From positions 15,902 through 79,901 of the forward strand of contig JBIKWN010000006.1 in NCBI GenBank assembly GCA_044356295.1: 64,000 nucleotides of DNA, read 5' to 3'. Below the pieces are notes generated by a model. It made no database searches and was not told where the DNA came from. It saw only the letters and a program-made list of their open reading frames with translations. Position numbers and translations under genes: made by a program. The DNA comes from Bdellovibrionota bacterium (GTDB taxonomy: Bacteria; Bdellovibrionota_C; UBA2361; JBIKWN01). Shown in pieces: positions 1 to 8,993 of this stretch. Position 1 is the first letter of the stretch. Every line of letters begins with the position of its first letter.

Positions 1-378
1 ACTGCTGATGTCTACAATTATAAAGCTACATATCTTTATAATGATGCTGATGGATATCACTTCATGGGGATTGATAACTTTGAAGAAGTAGTTCTTACAG
101 CTGATGCACTCGGTGATCATGTGTACTACCTTCAAGATCAGATGCAAGTTGATGTGACAACTTTTAATGAGCAACCAATTGGTATCAATATCCCTTCAAC
201 CGTTGTTCTCACCGTTGTTGAAACTGAGCCTGAAGTTAAAGGTGGAACAGTTACAAGCTCTGGAAAACCTGCAAAACTTGATACAGGTCTTACTGTTACG
301 GTTCCAGCTTTTGTTAAAGAAGGTGATCGTATCACTGTTAATACTGAGGAAGGCACTTACTTAGGACGGAGTGACTAA
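1..378 (+). CDS. efp: Elongation factor P (5'-truncated by window edge)
   Basis: Frame open from base 1 (TADVYNYKATYLYND...); C-terminal EF-P signature TEPEVKGGT...KPAKLDTGLTVTVPAFVKEGDRITVNTEEGTYLGR. Confidence 0.95.
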   Translation, partial: TADVYNYKATYLYNDADGYHFMGIDNFEEVVLTADALGDHVYYLQDQMQVDVTTFNEQPIGINIPSTVVLTVVETEPEVKGGTVTSSGKPAKLDTGLTVTVPAFVKEGDRITVNTEEGTYLGRSD

Positions 379-397
379 TACATAACGCCGGCACTTC

Positions 398-971
398 ATG
401 AATAAAGGAAGATTAGAAGCACTTAGTGACGGCGTCATCGCAATCATGCTCACTATTATGGTGCTTGGTGCCCATTGGCTCAGAACTTTTCAGTCCTGAA
501 ACCCCTACTTCCAGTTTCCTCAGTTACATCTTAAGTTTTGTATTTATTGGAATTTACTGGAATAACCATCACCATATGCTTCAAGCTATTAAGCATGTCA
601 ATGGAAGTGTCCTGTGGGCGAACCTGCACCTTCTTTTTTGGTTATCGTTAGTACCATTTGTAACAGGATGGATGGGAGCAAATAATTTTGCTGCTGGACC
701 ACTTGCTCTGTACGGTATCGTTTTATGGTTTGCTGGTGTTGCCTATTTTATTCTTTCTCGAGCTCTTATAACTTTACACGGAAGAGAATCAACACTAGGC
801 ACAGCACTTGGCAACGACTTTAAAGGTAAACTTTAGATTGCAATCTATTCAGTTGCAATCATTACTGCATTTACAAATACTTGGATTGCTTGTGCTCTCT
901 ACATAGCAGTAGCCGTTATCTGGCTTATTCCAGATCGCCGAATCGAGAACAAACTTTCAGTTCATCCGTGA
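398..971 (+). pseudogene. TMEM175/DUF1211 family K+ channel, frameshifted and with an internal stop
   Basis: ATG at 398 gives MNKGRLEALSDGVIAIMLTIMVL (TMEM175 N-terminal motif), then the frame shifts; the core FLSYILSFVFIGIYWNNHHHML lies in ORF 426-836; in-frame TAG at 834-836 is followed by the family C-terminus ...WLIPDRRIENKL ending at TGA 969-971. Confidence 0.85.
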
Positions 972-1201
972 TGATTTTTGAGTAATGTATACAGCTGCTC
1001 TTTGAGGCTCAAACGTTCTTTTCGCAACGTTTCAGCAGCAACTTCTGAGATAAGATCTATTCTTTGATCAGAGCGAACGATTGCTTTATCGACTTCTTGA
1101 AATTTATCAAAAAGCACTTTGAAGTGGGCATTTTCGGTTTTAAGAATATGAATTGTATCTTTATATTCTGGAAATTCGACTGCAAGATTGTGACTGTCCA
1201 T
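962..1201 (-). CDS. YdcH/DUF465 family small coiled-coil protein
   Basis: HNLAVEFPEYKDTIHILK...HFKVLFDK...LRKERLSLKEQL pattern. Confidence 0.8.
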   Translation of the reverse strand: MDSHNLAVEFPEYKDTIHILKTENAHFKVLFDKFQEVDKAIVRSDQRIDLISEVAAETLRKERLSLKEQLYTLLKNHHG

Positions 1202-1595
1202 ATGGTGATGTAAAAAAAAATATAATAAGTCACCTTAGCATAAAACGAGATGACTGCGAGTTATTAATTCTTAATTTATTTGGATGATTATTGCTCAGCA
1301 AGCAACAGGTTTCTTTTGAAATATTGAATGCGCATTGCTGTATAGTTTTAATTTTCTGATAGTCTCGATTGTTGATTCGATCTTTCCACTATAAAACCCT
1401 GTTTTTAAAACTTATCTCGGATACGTTTCTAACTTAACAGGTCCTCATCAACCTAAAAAAATTACTTTAGAAAAAAATTTAAATTGTCGACCATAAACAA
1501 CGCTATTGTACAATAAATTTGGGTCGTCTTTGGTCAAAATTCAGTGCGTAAAAAAGCAGAATCAAAATAAACCATAAAAATGGGAGAACTCGTGT

Positions 1596-2726
1596 ATGCA
1601 AACATATCAACTTAAATGGGAAAATAATTCTTGGAAAAGCCTAGACTTAAATAATGATAATCAAGAACCAAATATGATTCTTGTTTTTTCAGATAGAGCA
1701 TCACTACAAAACGGCATTGGACTAAAAAAGATTTGTGAAAAGTTTCCAAATTCTATTATAACTGGTTGCTCTACTGCCGGCGAAATTCAAGAAGATCGTG
1801 TTTATGATGAATCATTAGTTGCTACGGCAATTTATTTTGAAAAAACAAAAGTTCGGTCATCACGACAAACTATTCAGGCTGATAGTTTAGAGACAGGAAA
1901 GCTTCTAGCAAAACAAATCGATCCTAACGGATTAAAGCATGTTATTGTTTTTTCAGATGGCCTTAAAGTAAACGGAAGTGAATTGGTTAAAGGACTCAAT
2001 GAATATATTCCTTCGGATATTGTTGTGACTGGAGGCTTAGCTGCTGATGGAGGTATTTTTCATCAAACGCTTACAATATTCGATGGAGAAGTGAGAGATG
2101 ATAGTGTTGTTGCAGTAGGATTCTATGGCGATGCAATTGATATCCGTTACGGTTCGTTTGGTGGGTGGGATAGTTTTGGGCCAGAGCGTTACGTATCTAA
2201 ATCAACTTCAAACATACTTTTTGAATTAGACGGTCAACCTGCATTAGACCTCTACAAAACCTACCTTGGTGAACATGCCGCTGGCTTGCCTGCCACAGGT
2301 TTACTTTTTCCTTTATGCATTAAAATTGAAGGACAAGAAAATCTAATCGTTCGTACGATTTTGGCAGTTGACGAGGCTGCCAAGTCCATAACTTTTGCAG
2401 GAGACGTTCCACAAGGGTGTACTGCTAGGCTTATGAAAGCAAATTTTGATAGGTTAATTGACGGTGCCATGGATGCTGCGCGTATCATTCAAAAAGCAGA
2501 ACAAATAAAAGGGAAAGGTTTAGCTTTGTTAGTGAGCTGCGTAGGTAGAAAAATGGTCCTAGGGCAAAGGGTCGAAGATGAAGTTGATGCTGTTAGAGAA
2601 ATTTTAGGTGCTAATTTTGCTACTACCGGCTTTTACTCATATGGAGAAATTGCTCCGTTTAGAATGGGCGAAAGGTGTGAATTACACAATCAGACCATGA
2701 CAGTAACAACATTTCACGAAAAATGA
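1596..2726 (+). CDS. FIST N/C domain (NosP-like) sensory protein
   Basis: GCSTAGEI, DGLKVNGSELV, GGLAAD, SCVGRK, GFYSYGEI, ELHNQTMTVT motifs. Confidence 0.9.
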   Translation: MQTYQLKWENNSWKSLDLNNDNQEPNMILVFSDRASLQNGIGLKKICEKFPNSIITGCSTAGEIQEDRVYDESLVATAIYFEKTKVRSSRQTIQADSLETGKLLAKQIDPNGLKHVIVFSDGLKVNGSELVKGLNEYIPSDIVVTGGLAADGGIFHQTLTIFDGEVRDDSVVAVGFYGDAIDIRYGSFGGWDSFGPERYVSKSTSNILFELDGQPALDLYKTYLGEHAAGLPATGLLFPLCIKIEGQENLIVRTILAVDEAAKSITFAGDVPQGCTARLMKANFDRLIDGAMDAARIIQKAEQIKGKGLALLVSCVGRKMVLGQRVEDEVDAVREILGANFATTGFYSYGEIAPFRMGERCELHNQTMTVTTFHEK

Positions 2727-2752
2727 GTATTAACTAAATATCCCAATCAAAC

Positions 2753-4234
2753 ATGCATCCTCTACTTCGGCGACAACTTAAAAGAAATGGCTTATCTTTA
2801 GAGACGCTCAGTCCTGAAGTGAATGCATTGTTGCGCGATATAGAATCTGCCTACGAACAATCAGAGACTGATAGAAAGTTATTAGAAAGAAGCCTTGAAC
2901 TGAGCTCTAAAGAGCTCATGACTCAAAATTCGGAAATGAGAGCGATTCTGTCCTCTTTCCCGGATATACTTGCAACTTCGGGCGGGTCGCTCAAAGACCA
3001 TACTTTTGAAGAAATTGTTTCAAAGTATGTTCAAGAACTAATTAACTCTAGAGCAGAATTGGCTGAAGCAAAACAAGTAGTAGAATCGGCTCTAGCTTCT
3101 AGAGGAATATTCTTGGCGAACATGAGTCATGAAATACGGACTCCTTTGAATGGAATTTTAGGAATGATTGCTCTATTACTAGAGTCACACAATCTTTCTG
3201 AAGATCATAGATCGAATCTTTTTTTAGTCAATCAGGCTGCGCAAGACTTATTACGAATCTTAAACGATATTCTTGATTTCTCTAAAATAGAGACCGGCAA
3301 AGTAGAACTTGAAATTCGCCCTATAAATCTTAAGGAGCTTTTTCATAGAATTAACAAATTACTTGAAGTTAAAGCAAGTGAGAAAAATATCAATTGCTGT
3401 TTAGAAATAATTGGGGAAAACCCTAATATACAAATTTGCGGAGACGATACACGGGTAGGACAAGTGCTGATGAACTTAATTAGCAACGCAATTAAATTTA
3501 CTTCACAAAACGGGACAGTTTCTATAAAATATTCATTCACCTACGACGACAATTATTGCAAAATAATTACGAGTATCCGTGACACAGGAATTGGAATTCC
3601 CGAGAATAAAATCCATGATATTTTTGATCCTTTCAGCCAAGCTGATCAAAGCATTACTCGAAAATTTGGAGGAACAGGGCTTGGTTTAAATATTTCTAGA
3701 ATGCTAGCTAGATTAATGAATGGAGATATCGAGGTTGAATCTTCGTCATCGACTGGAACAACATTTATATTCACTGCTATTTTTAGCATTGTCGATAATC
3801 AATCTGGAACAATTGAAATCCCCACTATCAAAACAAAATCACAATATATCAAAAATGCATTGATAGTTGAGGATAATCCTCTGAATCAACTACTAGCCAG
3901 AAGATTCCTTGAAAATCGAGGAATTGAAGTTAAAGTCGCAGAAAATGGACTCAAAGCACTAGACATTATTTTGCAAAATGAAGAATTAGAATCAAAATTT
4001 GATGTAATCCTTATGGACTGTCAAATGCCGGAATTAGATGGATACGAAACGACTAAAAGAATTCGATTGTGGGAAAAGGAAAAGTCCATTTCACCCGTTT
4101 ATATTGTTGCTTTAACAGCTAATGCTTTCCAAGAAGACAGAGAAAAATGTCTAAATGCAGGTATGGATGACTTTTTAACTAAACCTATAGTTGTGACTGA
4201 GCTAAATAGGGTTTTGTTACTTCGAAAATCTTAA
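2753..4234 (+). CDS. Hybrid sensor histidine kinase / response regulator, probably co-transcribed with the FIST gene
   Basis: H-box FLANMSHEIRTPLNG, N-box NLISNAIKFT, G-boxes DTGIGI/GGTGLGL, C-terminal receiver (VEDN, LMDCQMP, KP). Confidence 0.93.
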   Translation: MHPLLRRQLKRNGLSLETLSPEVNALLRDIESAYEQSETDRKLLERSLELSSKELMTQNSEMRAILSSFPDILATSGGSLKDHTFEEIVSKYVQELINSRAELAEAKQVVESALASRGIFLANMSHEIRTPLNGILGMIALLLESHNLSEDHRSNLFLVNQAAQDLLRILNDILDFSKIETGKVELEIRPINLKELFHRINKLLEVKASEKNINCCLEIIGENPNIQICGDDTRVGQVLMNLISNAIKFTSQNGTVSIKYSFTYDDNYCKIITSIRDTGIGIPENKIHDIFDPFSQADQSITRKFGGTGLGLNISRMLARLMNGDIEVESSSSTGTTFIFTAIFSIVDNQSGTIEIPTIKTKSQYIKNALIVEDNPLNQLLARRFLENRGIEVKVAENGLKALDIILQNEELESKFDVILMDCQMPELDGYETTKRIRLWEKEKSISPVYIVALTANAFQEDREKCLNAGMDDFLTKPIVVTELNRVLLLRKS

Positions 4235-4254
4235 AAATCTCCAGTACAGTGTCA

Positions 4255-6102
4255 TTACGTTAATAATCGCAACGCCAATCCAGGTGATTGATTAGCTTGA
4301 GCGAGCACTGATGTTGCAACTTGCTGTGAAATTTTCAATCGCGTTGCCTCTGCAACTTCGCTACTGACATCACTATCCATAATTCTAGAATGAGCCTCTT
4401 TGTAGTTGATACTCGTCGACTGTACAACATTTATGACTGCTGCCGCGCGCGACATTGTTGCTCCAACTCGTCCTAGTGTTTGTGAGATGCTTTCAATTAA
4501 CGTACGAGAATTATCCAAAGACTGTCTAGCTCCTTGTTGAGTGAGAATATAATTTTTTGCAAGGTAGTTAGTTTGGGCCCCGTTTCCATAATTAAGATCA
4601 AGACGTCCACCTGTCAGCGAAGCCACTATTACATCTTTGACCCCATCACCAGTAAAGTCTGCAATTAAATTTGCATCCGATAATACCCCAGAGCTGTAGG
4701 CCCAAGTTTGAGAAATCTTAAATGTTCCATCGCCGTTACCTAAAATAATTCCTGCACCTGAAAAGCCTGTAATTAAGTAATCAGCAAAACCGTCATTATT
4801 AATATCCTGGGACGTCATGTTAGCTAATTGACCTATGCCAGAAAAATTTATAGTTGTGTTTGCTCTAAAAGTTCCATCGCCGTTTCCTCGTAGGAAATTT
4901 ACAGTTCCACCTCCTGGGCCAATTACAACAATGTCTAAATTGCCATCCCTATCAAAATCTTGGGCGACTGATGCACCAGATACACTATTAACAAAATAAG
5001 TGCTCATGGCTCGAAGTGTCCCGTTGGAATTCGCAAGAATAACTCCGATTTGATTGCTGGAATTATCAGAAAGTTGGATGTCATCTTTTCCATCGCCGTT
5101 AAAGTCACCAACTGAAAGGGCGACACCATTGAAGGATGTGGCATAGCTCACTGCTGCCCTAAATGTACCATTTCCATTTCCACTGAGAACACTAATTGCG
5201 TTACCACCTGATGCAACGAGGTCAGCTATTCCATCGCCGTTTATATCTCCAGTAGAAACTGACGTAACCGTAAATCCTTGCGCGTAAGTAACTGCCGAGG
5301 CAAAAGTATCATTGCCATTATTCAAAGCAATTCGAATATTTGTCGTATGATTGTTAACCCAATCCAGTTTACCATCACCATTTACATCAATGAGGCTTGC
5401 ACCAGAGGGACCAGGCGCACCATTAGCGAATATCGTCACACCACTACTAAAAGATCCATCACCGTTTGATAAGAATATCTGACCGTAGATACTTAATAGA
5501 TCAGCTCTTCCGTCGCGGTTGTAATCGATGGCGTTAAAACCTCGCTGATTCGCCATTGCTTGTGTACTTGTTCCTGTAAATGTTCCATCCCCTGCAGCTC
5601 CGTTGATTCCAGAACCTTGTAAATATAAAAGTGAATTATCAAGACCACTTCCGAATTGGAATCTTACCCCTTGGGAATCTACGGAACTTAATAATTTTAT
5701 GCCATTAAATGATGTGATCGAAACTATTCTGTTAAATTCTTCTGTAAGCCTATCAGACTCTTGCTGCATTGATTTTCGCTGCGACAATGAAAAAGATCCG
5801 TTTGCTGCTTGCTCAGCTAATTCAGCTTGGCGTTGTGCAATTTCTGACAACCCTCCAAGAGTCCCCTGAACAATATTGAGCATACTAACGCCATCGTTAA
5901 TATTACGTAGCCCCTGCGAAAAAATTCTTGTTGAAGCATTAAGCTCTAACGCGATAGCGAGTCCTGCTGCATCATCGGCTGCTTTATTAATTCTCTGCCC
6001 AGACGCAAGTCGTTCAGAGATCGAAGCAAGCTTATTCGAGCTTTGCTCAAGTCCCCGCTGCGCGGTTAAAGAACTGATATTACTGCCTAATGTTATAGCC
6101 AA
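4255..6102 (-). CDS. Flagellin-family protein with a central FG-GAP/VCBS repeat domain (7 repeats)
   Basis: Flagellin N-terminus (ERLASGQRINKAADDAAGLAI, RNINDGVSML, FNGIKLL) and C-terminus (SRIMDSDVSSEVAE, VLAQANQSPGLALRLL) flank seven D-x-[NDT]-x-D-G-x-x-D repeats; TTG start with GAGGAG upstream. Confidence 0.92.
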   Translation of the reverse strand: MAITLGSNISSLTAQRGLEQSSNKLASISERLASGQRINKAADDAAGLAIALELNASTRIFSQGLRNINDGVSMLNIVQGTLGGLSEIAQRQAELAEQAANGSFSLSQRKSMQQESDRLTEEFNRIVSITSFNGIKLLSSVDSQGVRFQFGSGLDNSLLYLQGSGINGAAGDGTFTGTSTQAMANQRGFNAIDYNRDGRADLLSIYGQIFLSNGDGSFSSGVTIFANGAPGPSGASLIDVNGDGKLDWVNNHTTNIRIALNNGNDTFASAVTYAQGFTVTSVSTGDINGDGIADLVASGGNAISVLSGNGNGTFRAAVSYATSFNGVALSVGDFNGDGKDDIQLSDNSSNQIGVILANSNGTLRAMSTYFVNSVSGASVAQDFDRDGNLDIVVIGPGGGTVNFLRGNGDGTFRANTTINFSGIGQLANMTSQDINNDGFADYLITGFSGAGIILGNGDGTFKISQTWAYSSGVLSDANLIADFTGDGVKDVIVASLTGGRLDLNYGNGAQTNYLAKNYILTQQGARQSLDNSRTLIESISQTLGRVGATMSRAAAVINVVQSTSINYKEAHSRIMDSDVSSEVAEATRLKISQQVATSVLAQANQSPGLALRLLT

Positions 6103-6127
6103 ACTTAAATGATACTCCTCATCTTCT

Positions 6128-6154
6128 TGATCGGCTTTTTTTGAATATTTCTAA
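6128..6154 (-). promoter_or_regulatory. Possible sigma-28 (FliA) promoter of the flagellin
   Basis: Minus strand reads TTAG-N15-GCCGATCA versus consensus TAAA-N15-GCCGATAA, just upstream of the RBS. Confidence 0.5.
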
Positions 6155-6320
6155 AATTTCTCTTTGTTTTTTTAGGAATAATTGAAAGGAAAATGTGCTA
6201 GTGTTTCGGTAAGTTATGAGGGATGCTTTAAAATTGAAGATATTATTTATGTTTTTTGCAATTTGCGGCTAACAAAAATTCGTACGACCACGGCCATAAA
6301 GTTAAGGGACGTCGAAACTC

Positions 6321-6402
6321 TTTTTGGTACAAGATAACTTTCAATCTGATTTAAGCTAATGAAGTACTATATAATCCAAGTTACCTTGTACCCATTATTT
6401 CT
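6321..6402. repeat. Palindromic repeat, copy A
   Basis: ggtacaagataactt (6326-6340) ... aagttaccttgtacc (6378-6392), 14/15 inverted match; related to copies at 6881 and 8218. Confidence 0.75.
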
Positions 6403-6420
6403 TTTTTTAGAAAAATTGAT

Positions 6421-6837
6421 TTGACCATGCATAAATCTTTTCCTATCAAGTCTTTTTTGATACTTGGAGTTATTTCTCTATGCATATTTATTAATAATAT
6501 GGCTGACAGCTGCTTTGTTAAACTGAAATCCGCCGATAGTAAATTATCAGATGAGCTTAGTTATGAATTATTTGAATTATGGATGTCACCTCAATATGAA
6601 AATGTATCTGCAGAGAATCTTGTGAGAGAATTTCTTTCGAAATATAGCACCCCACAAGAAATTGCAGATCTGAATCCGGTATATAAATTATATCAAGAGA
6701 ATATTGCTCTTGGTATCAATGATGGTGATTGGGATATACTTGCGCGGCGCAGTAAACTTAATGAACTTAATGGACGGGAGTTAATAAACGCTGCAGTTAA
6801 GAAATTTCTGTTACAAAATGAGATAGCTTGTAAATAG
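6421..6837 (+). CDS. Hypothetical protein with N-terminal hydrophobic segment
   Basis: 138-aa ORF between two repeat copies; start may be the ATG at 6427. Confidence 0.55.
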   Translation: MTMHKSFPIKSFLILGVISLCIFINNMADSCFVKLKSADSKLSDELSYELFELWMSPQYENVSAENLVREFLSKYSTPQEIADLNPVYKLYQENIALGINDGDWDILARRSKLNELNGRELINAAVKKFLLQNEIACK

Positions 6838-6880
6838 AGTTCGTCCTTAATATGGCTATCTAAGATTTTTATTAGTGAAA

Positions 6881-6968
6881 TTTTTGGTACGAGGTAACTT
6901 TTGATTCGATCTTAAACCACTGTAACTGTTATACAATAAGAGTTACAGTGTACCAGTTACATTTCTCC
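6881..6968. repeat. Palindromic repeat, copy B
   Basis: tttttggtacgaggtaactt ... gagttacagtgtaccagttacatttctcc, colinear with copy A; an extra half-site gttatcttgtact follows at 6971-6983. Confidence 0.7.
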
Positions 6969-6985
6969 GCGTTATCTTGTACTAG

Positions 6986-7498
6986 TTATTTTTTGAGTGA
7001 ATTATGCAAATAAGAAGAAAAAGCTCTTTCAATAACTTCTGTTTCATCAATATTTTTTTCAATTGCACGACGTTTAATTTCGGCAAGTGTTGCAGGCTTT
7101 AATCTCCAATTAGTTCTGACTCGTCGTTCATTGACAGGAATAGATCGTTTGTCTGGTAACTCAATGTTCGCCCACCGCTTTAGATCTTTATAGGGCAATC
7201 CAGCGAGATCCGGACCAACATCTTTATTTTTTTTAATACATTCTAACACCAGGCTTAGTTTTTCTGGAATCTTATCCCAGTTTAGAAAAGATCGAGGGAA
7301 TCGAAGCATTGCCGCTGGTAGAACCTCTAACACTCTGGGTTCAATTTCTGTACCTATTTTGAGTGCTTCTAGAATATCGACTTTAATTGTAGGTAATGGT
7401 TTTACATCTTCAACTCCCAATAATCCTTTACCAACAAAAAATCCAAATATCCTTTCGGTTTTTTCGTCCCACTGATTGATATAATTATTTTTAGCCAT
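6986..7498 (-). CDS. Hypothetical protein with C-terminal ribbon-helix-helix-like segment; putative antitoxin/regulator
   Basis: C-terminus RVRTNWRLKPATLAEIKRRAIEKNIDETEVIERA resembles an RHH; lies 9 bp downstream of the nucleotidyltransferase-like gene. Confidence 0.55.
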   Translation of the reverse strand: MAKNNYINQWDEKTERIFGFFVGKGLLGVEDVKPLPTIKVDILEALKIGTEIEPRVLEVLPAAMLRFPRSFLNWDKIPEKLSLVLECIKKNKDVGPDLAGLPYKDLKRWANIELPDKRSIPVNERRVRTNWRLKPATLAEIKRRAIEKNIDETEVIERAFSSYLHNSLKK

Positions 7499-7507
7499 AC
7501 TTTTAAT

Positions 7508-8014
7508 CTATAGCTTTATAGTCTTTGTAATTGTGAAATAGGTAATGTCCCCACCATTGCTTATTATCTTGCTCGCTAAAACATCACCAAAAAGTTTTAA
7601 AGCATCACTAACGAGATGTTTATTTTTTTCTTTAGCCTTTATTGCTTTACTGGTAATCGCAGAAATAGGATCTAAGTGACTCACTTTTACCCAGGTTGAA
7701 TCGTAATACTGAATAAAATTAGAATCCTTTGGAATCCAGATCTCTGTACTGAGTTCATCAAAAGCTAAGCCATTTGATTTCAATACATCACGAAAAACTT
7801 GAGTCTCACCCCATTTTCCCTTTAGCAATGCATCAACATCTTTGGTATATGCCAACCGAATCTTCGAGCTGACTTCTTCATTCATCAGCAAGCTCATCTG
7901 TCCTAGGACATTAATCTCTATCTTATTATCCGACATTACAGAATCACCTAAATCTTCACGACGTAATCTGAGTGCTTCTTCAAGATCTTCTATGACTTTA
8001 TTTATTAATTTCAT
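7508..8014 (-). CDS. DUF6036-like (AbiEii-related) nucleotidyltransferase
   Basis: INVLGQMSLL ... YTKDVDALL (G/S motif plus T-x-D-x-D) and C-terminal TSKAIKAKEKN. Confidence 0.6.
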   Translation of the reverse strand: MKLINKVIEDLEEALRLRREDLGDSVMSDNKIEINVLGQMSLLMNEEVSSKIRLAYTKDVDALLKGKWGETQVFRDVLKSNGLAFDELSTEIWIPKDSNFIQYYDSTWVKVSHLDPISAITSKAIKAKEKNKHLVSDALKLFGDVLASKIISNGGDITYFTITKTIKL

Positions 8015-8217
8015 CTTTCCTAAGCACTATTTTACATTAAAAAATATATGACGTACAGACATTATTAAGTATTTGATATTACTCATTATTATGTTGTAAT
8101 TTATATATTTCTAGAGGATTAGTTGCTAGTTCGAAAATCAAAATAGATGACAACATTGTTACTGTAATCATAAAGCAAGCGAAGCTACCCTTTTCCAGAA
8201 ATTTTCTTCAATATTAT

Positions 8218-8272
8218 TTAGCCTACTGAAGGCACTATATATTCCGAGTTACCTAGTCCCAATTATTTCTCC
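8218..8272. repeat. Palindromic repeat, copy C (right part only)
   Basis: ttagcctactgaaggcactatatattccgagttacctagtcccaattatttct aligns with copy A ttaagctaatgaagtactatataatccaagttaccttgtacccattatttct. Confidence 0.65.
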
Positions 8273-8367
8273 TTGAAAGAGTACTAGAAGCTGCATGTAA
8301 ATTATAATTATAAAATTAAGGTGATTCCCATTGAGTGGAACACCTACTATGGGTAGGTAACTATTTA

Positions 8368-8853
8368 CTAATCCCTAAAATTCGTAAACTGCAATTCAAT
8401 ATCCTTAACTTCAGAGCGCAAAAACTGAATCACTGCTTGCAGATCGTCCCTCTTCTTACCCATTATCCGTAATTGATTGCCCTGAATCTGAGAATTCACC
8501 TTCACTTTTTGACCTTTAATAAGTTTATTAACTTTTTTCAGATCGTCATCACATAATCCCTGTTTGATCAATACTTCTTGTTTAATTGTATCGCCTCCGG
8601 CAGGGAATGGATCTTTAAATTCTACAGACTTCAAACTGACTTTCCGTTTTGCAAGTTTTTCCATCAACATCGTCTGCACTGCACTTAAACGCATCTGGTC
8701 ATCAGCGTGGACATTAATCTGTTCTTCAACAAGTTCAACAGTAACGTTGGTTCCCTTAAAATCATACCGAGTTGCAATTTCTCGCTGCACCTGATCAACC
8801 GCATTACGAACTTCTTGCATATCAACTTCTGAAACGACATCAAAGGAAGGCAT
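8368..8853 (-). CDS. yajQ: YajQ family nucleotide/c-di-GMP-binding protein
   Basis: MPSFDVVSEVDMQEVRNAVDQ...RYDFKG...GKKRDDLQ...LQFTNFRD; start placed at MPSFD behind a GGAG RBS. Confidence 0.95.
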   Translation of the reverse strand: MPSFDVVSEVDMQEVRNAVDQVQREIATRYDFKGTNVTVELVEEQINVHADDQMRLSAVQTMLMEKLAKRKVSLKSVEFKDPFPAGGDTIKQEVLIKQGLCDDDLKKVNKLIKGQKVKVNSQIQGNQLRIMGKKRDDLQAVIQFLRSEVKDIELQFTNFRD

Positions 8854-8993
8854 ACTCATATTCTCCAAAAAATTTTCATCTGGACTAGAAAAGCCAGAAG
8901 TCAATTAAATCTAAACATCTTTTATACCAAGAAAATGAGTTTCTGGTCGAATTTCTTTACCAACGAAATAAAAACAGGTAGCGTCATTTAAGA

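Noticed and set aside
834..836. In-frame TAG in the TMEM175 gene as stop-codon recoding (pyrrolysine or alternative code)
   Set aside because: The same gene also has frameshifts, and TAG terminates many intact genes in the window (e.g. yajQ)
6265..6307. ggctaac...gttaagg as an integron attC site
   Set aside because: Only about 41 bp, imperfect R boxes, no convincing L boxes and no intI in the window
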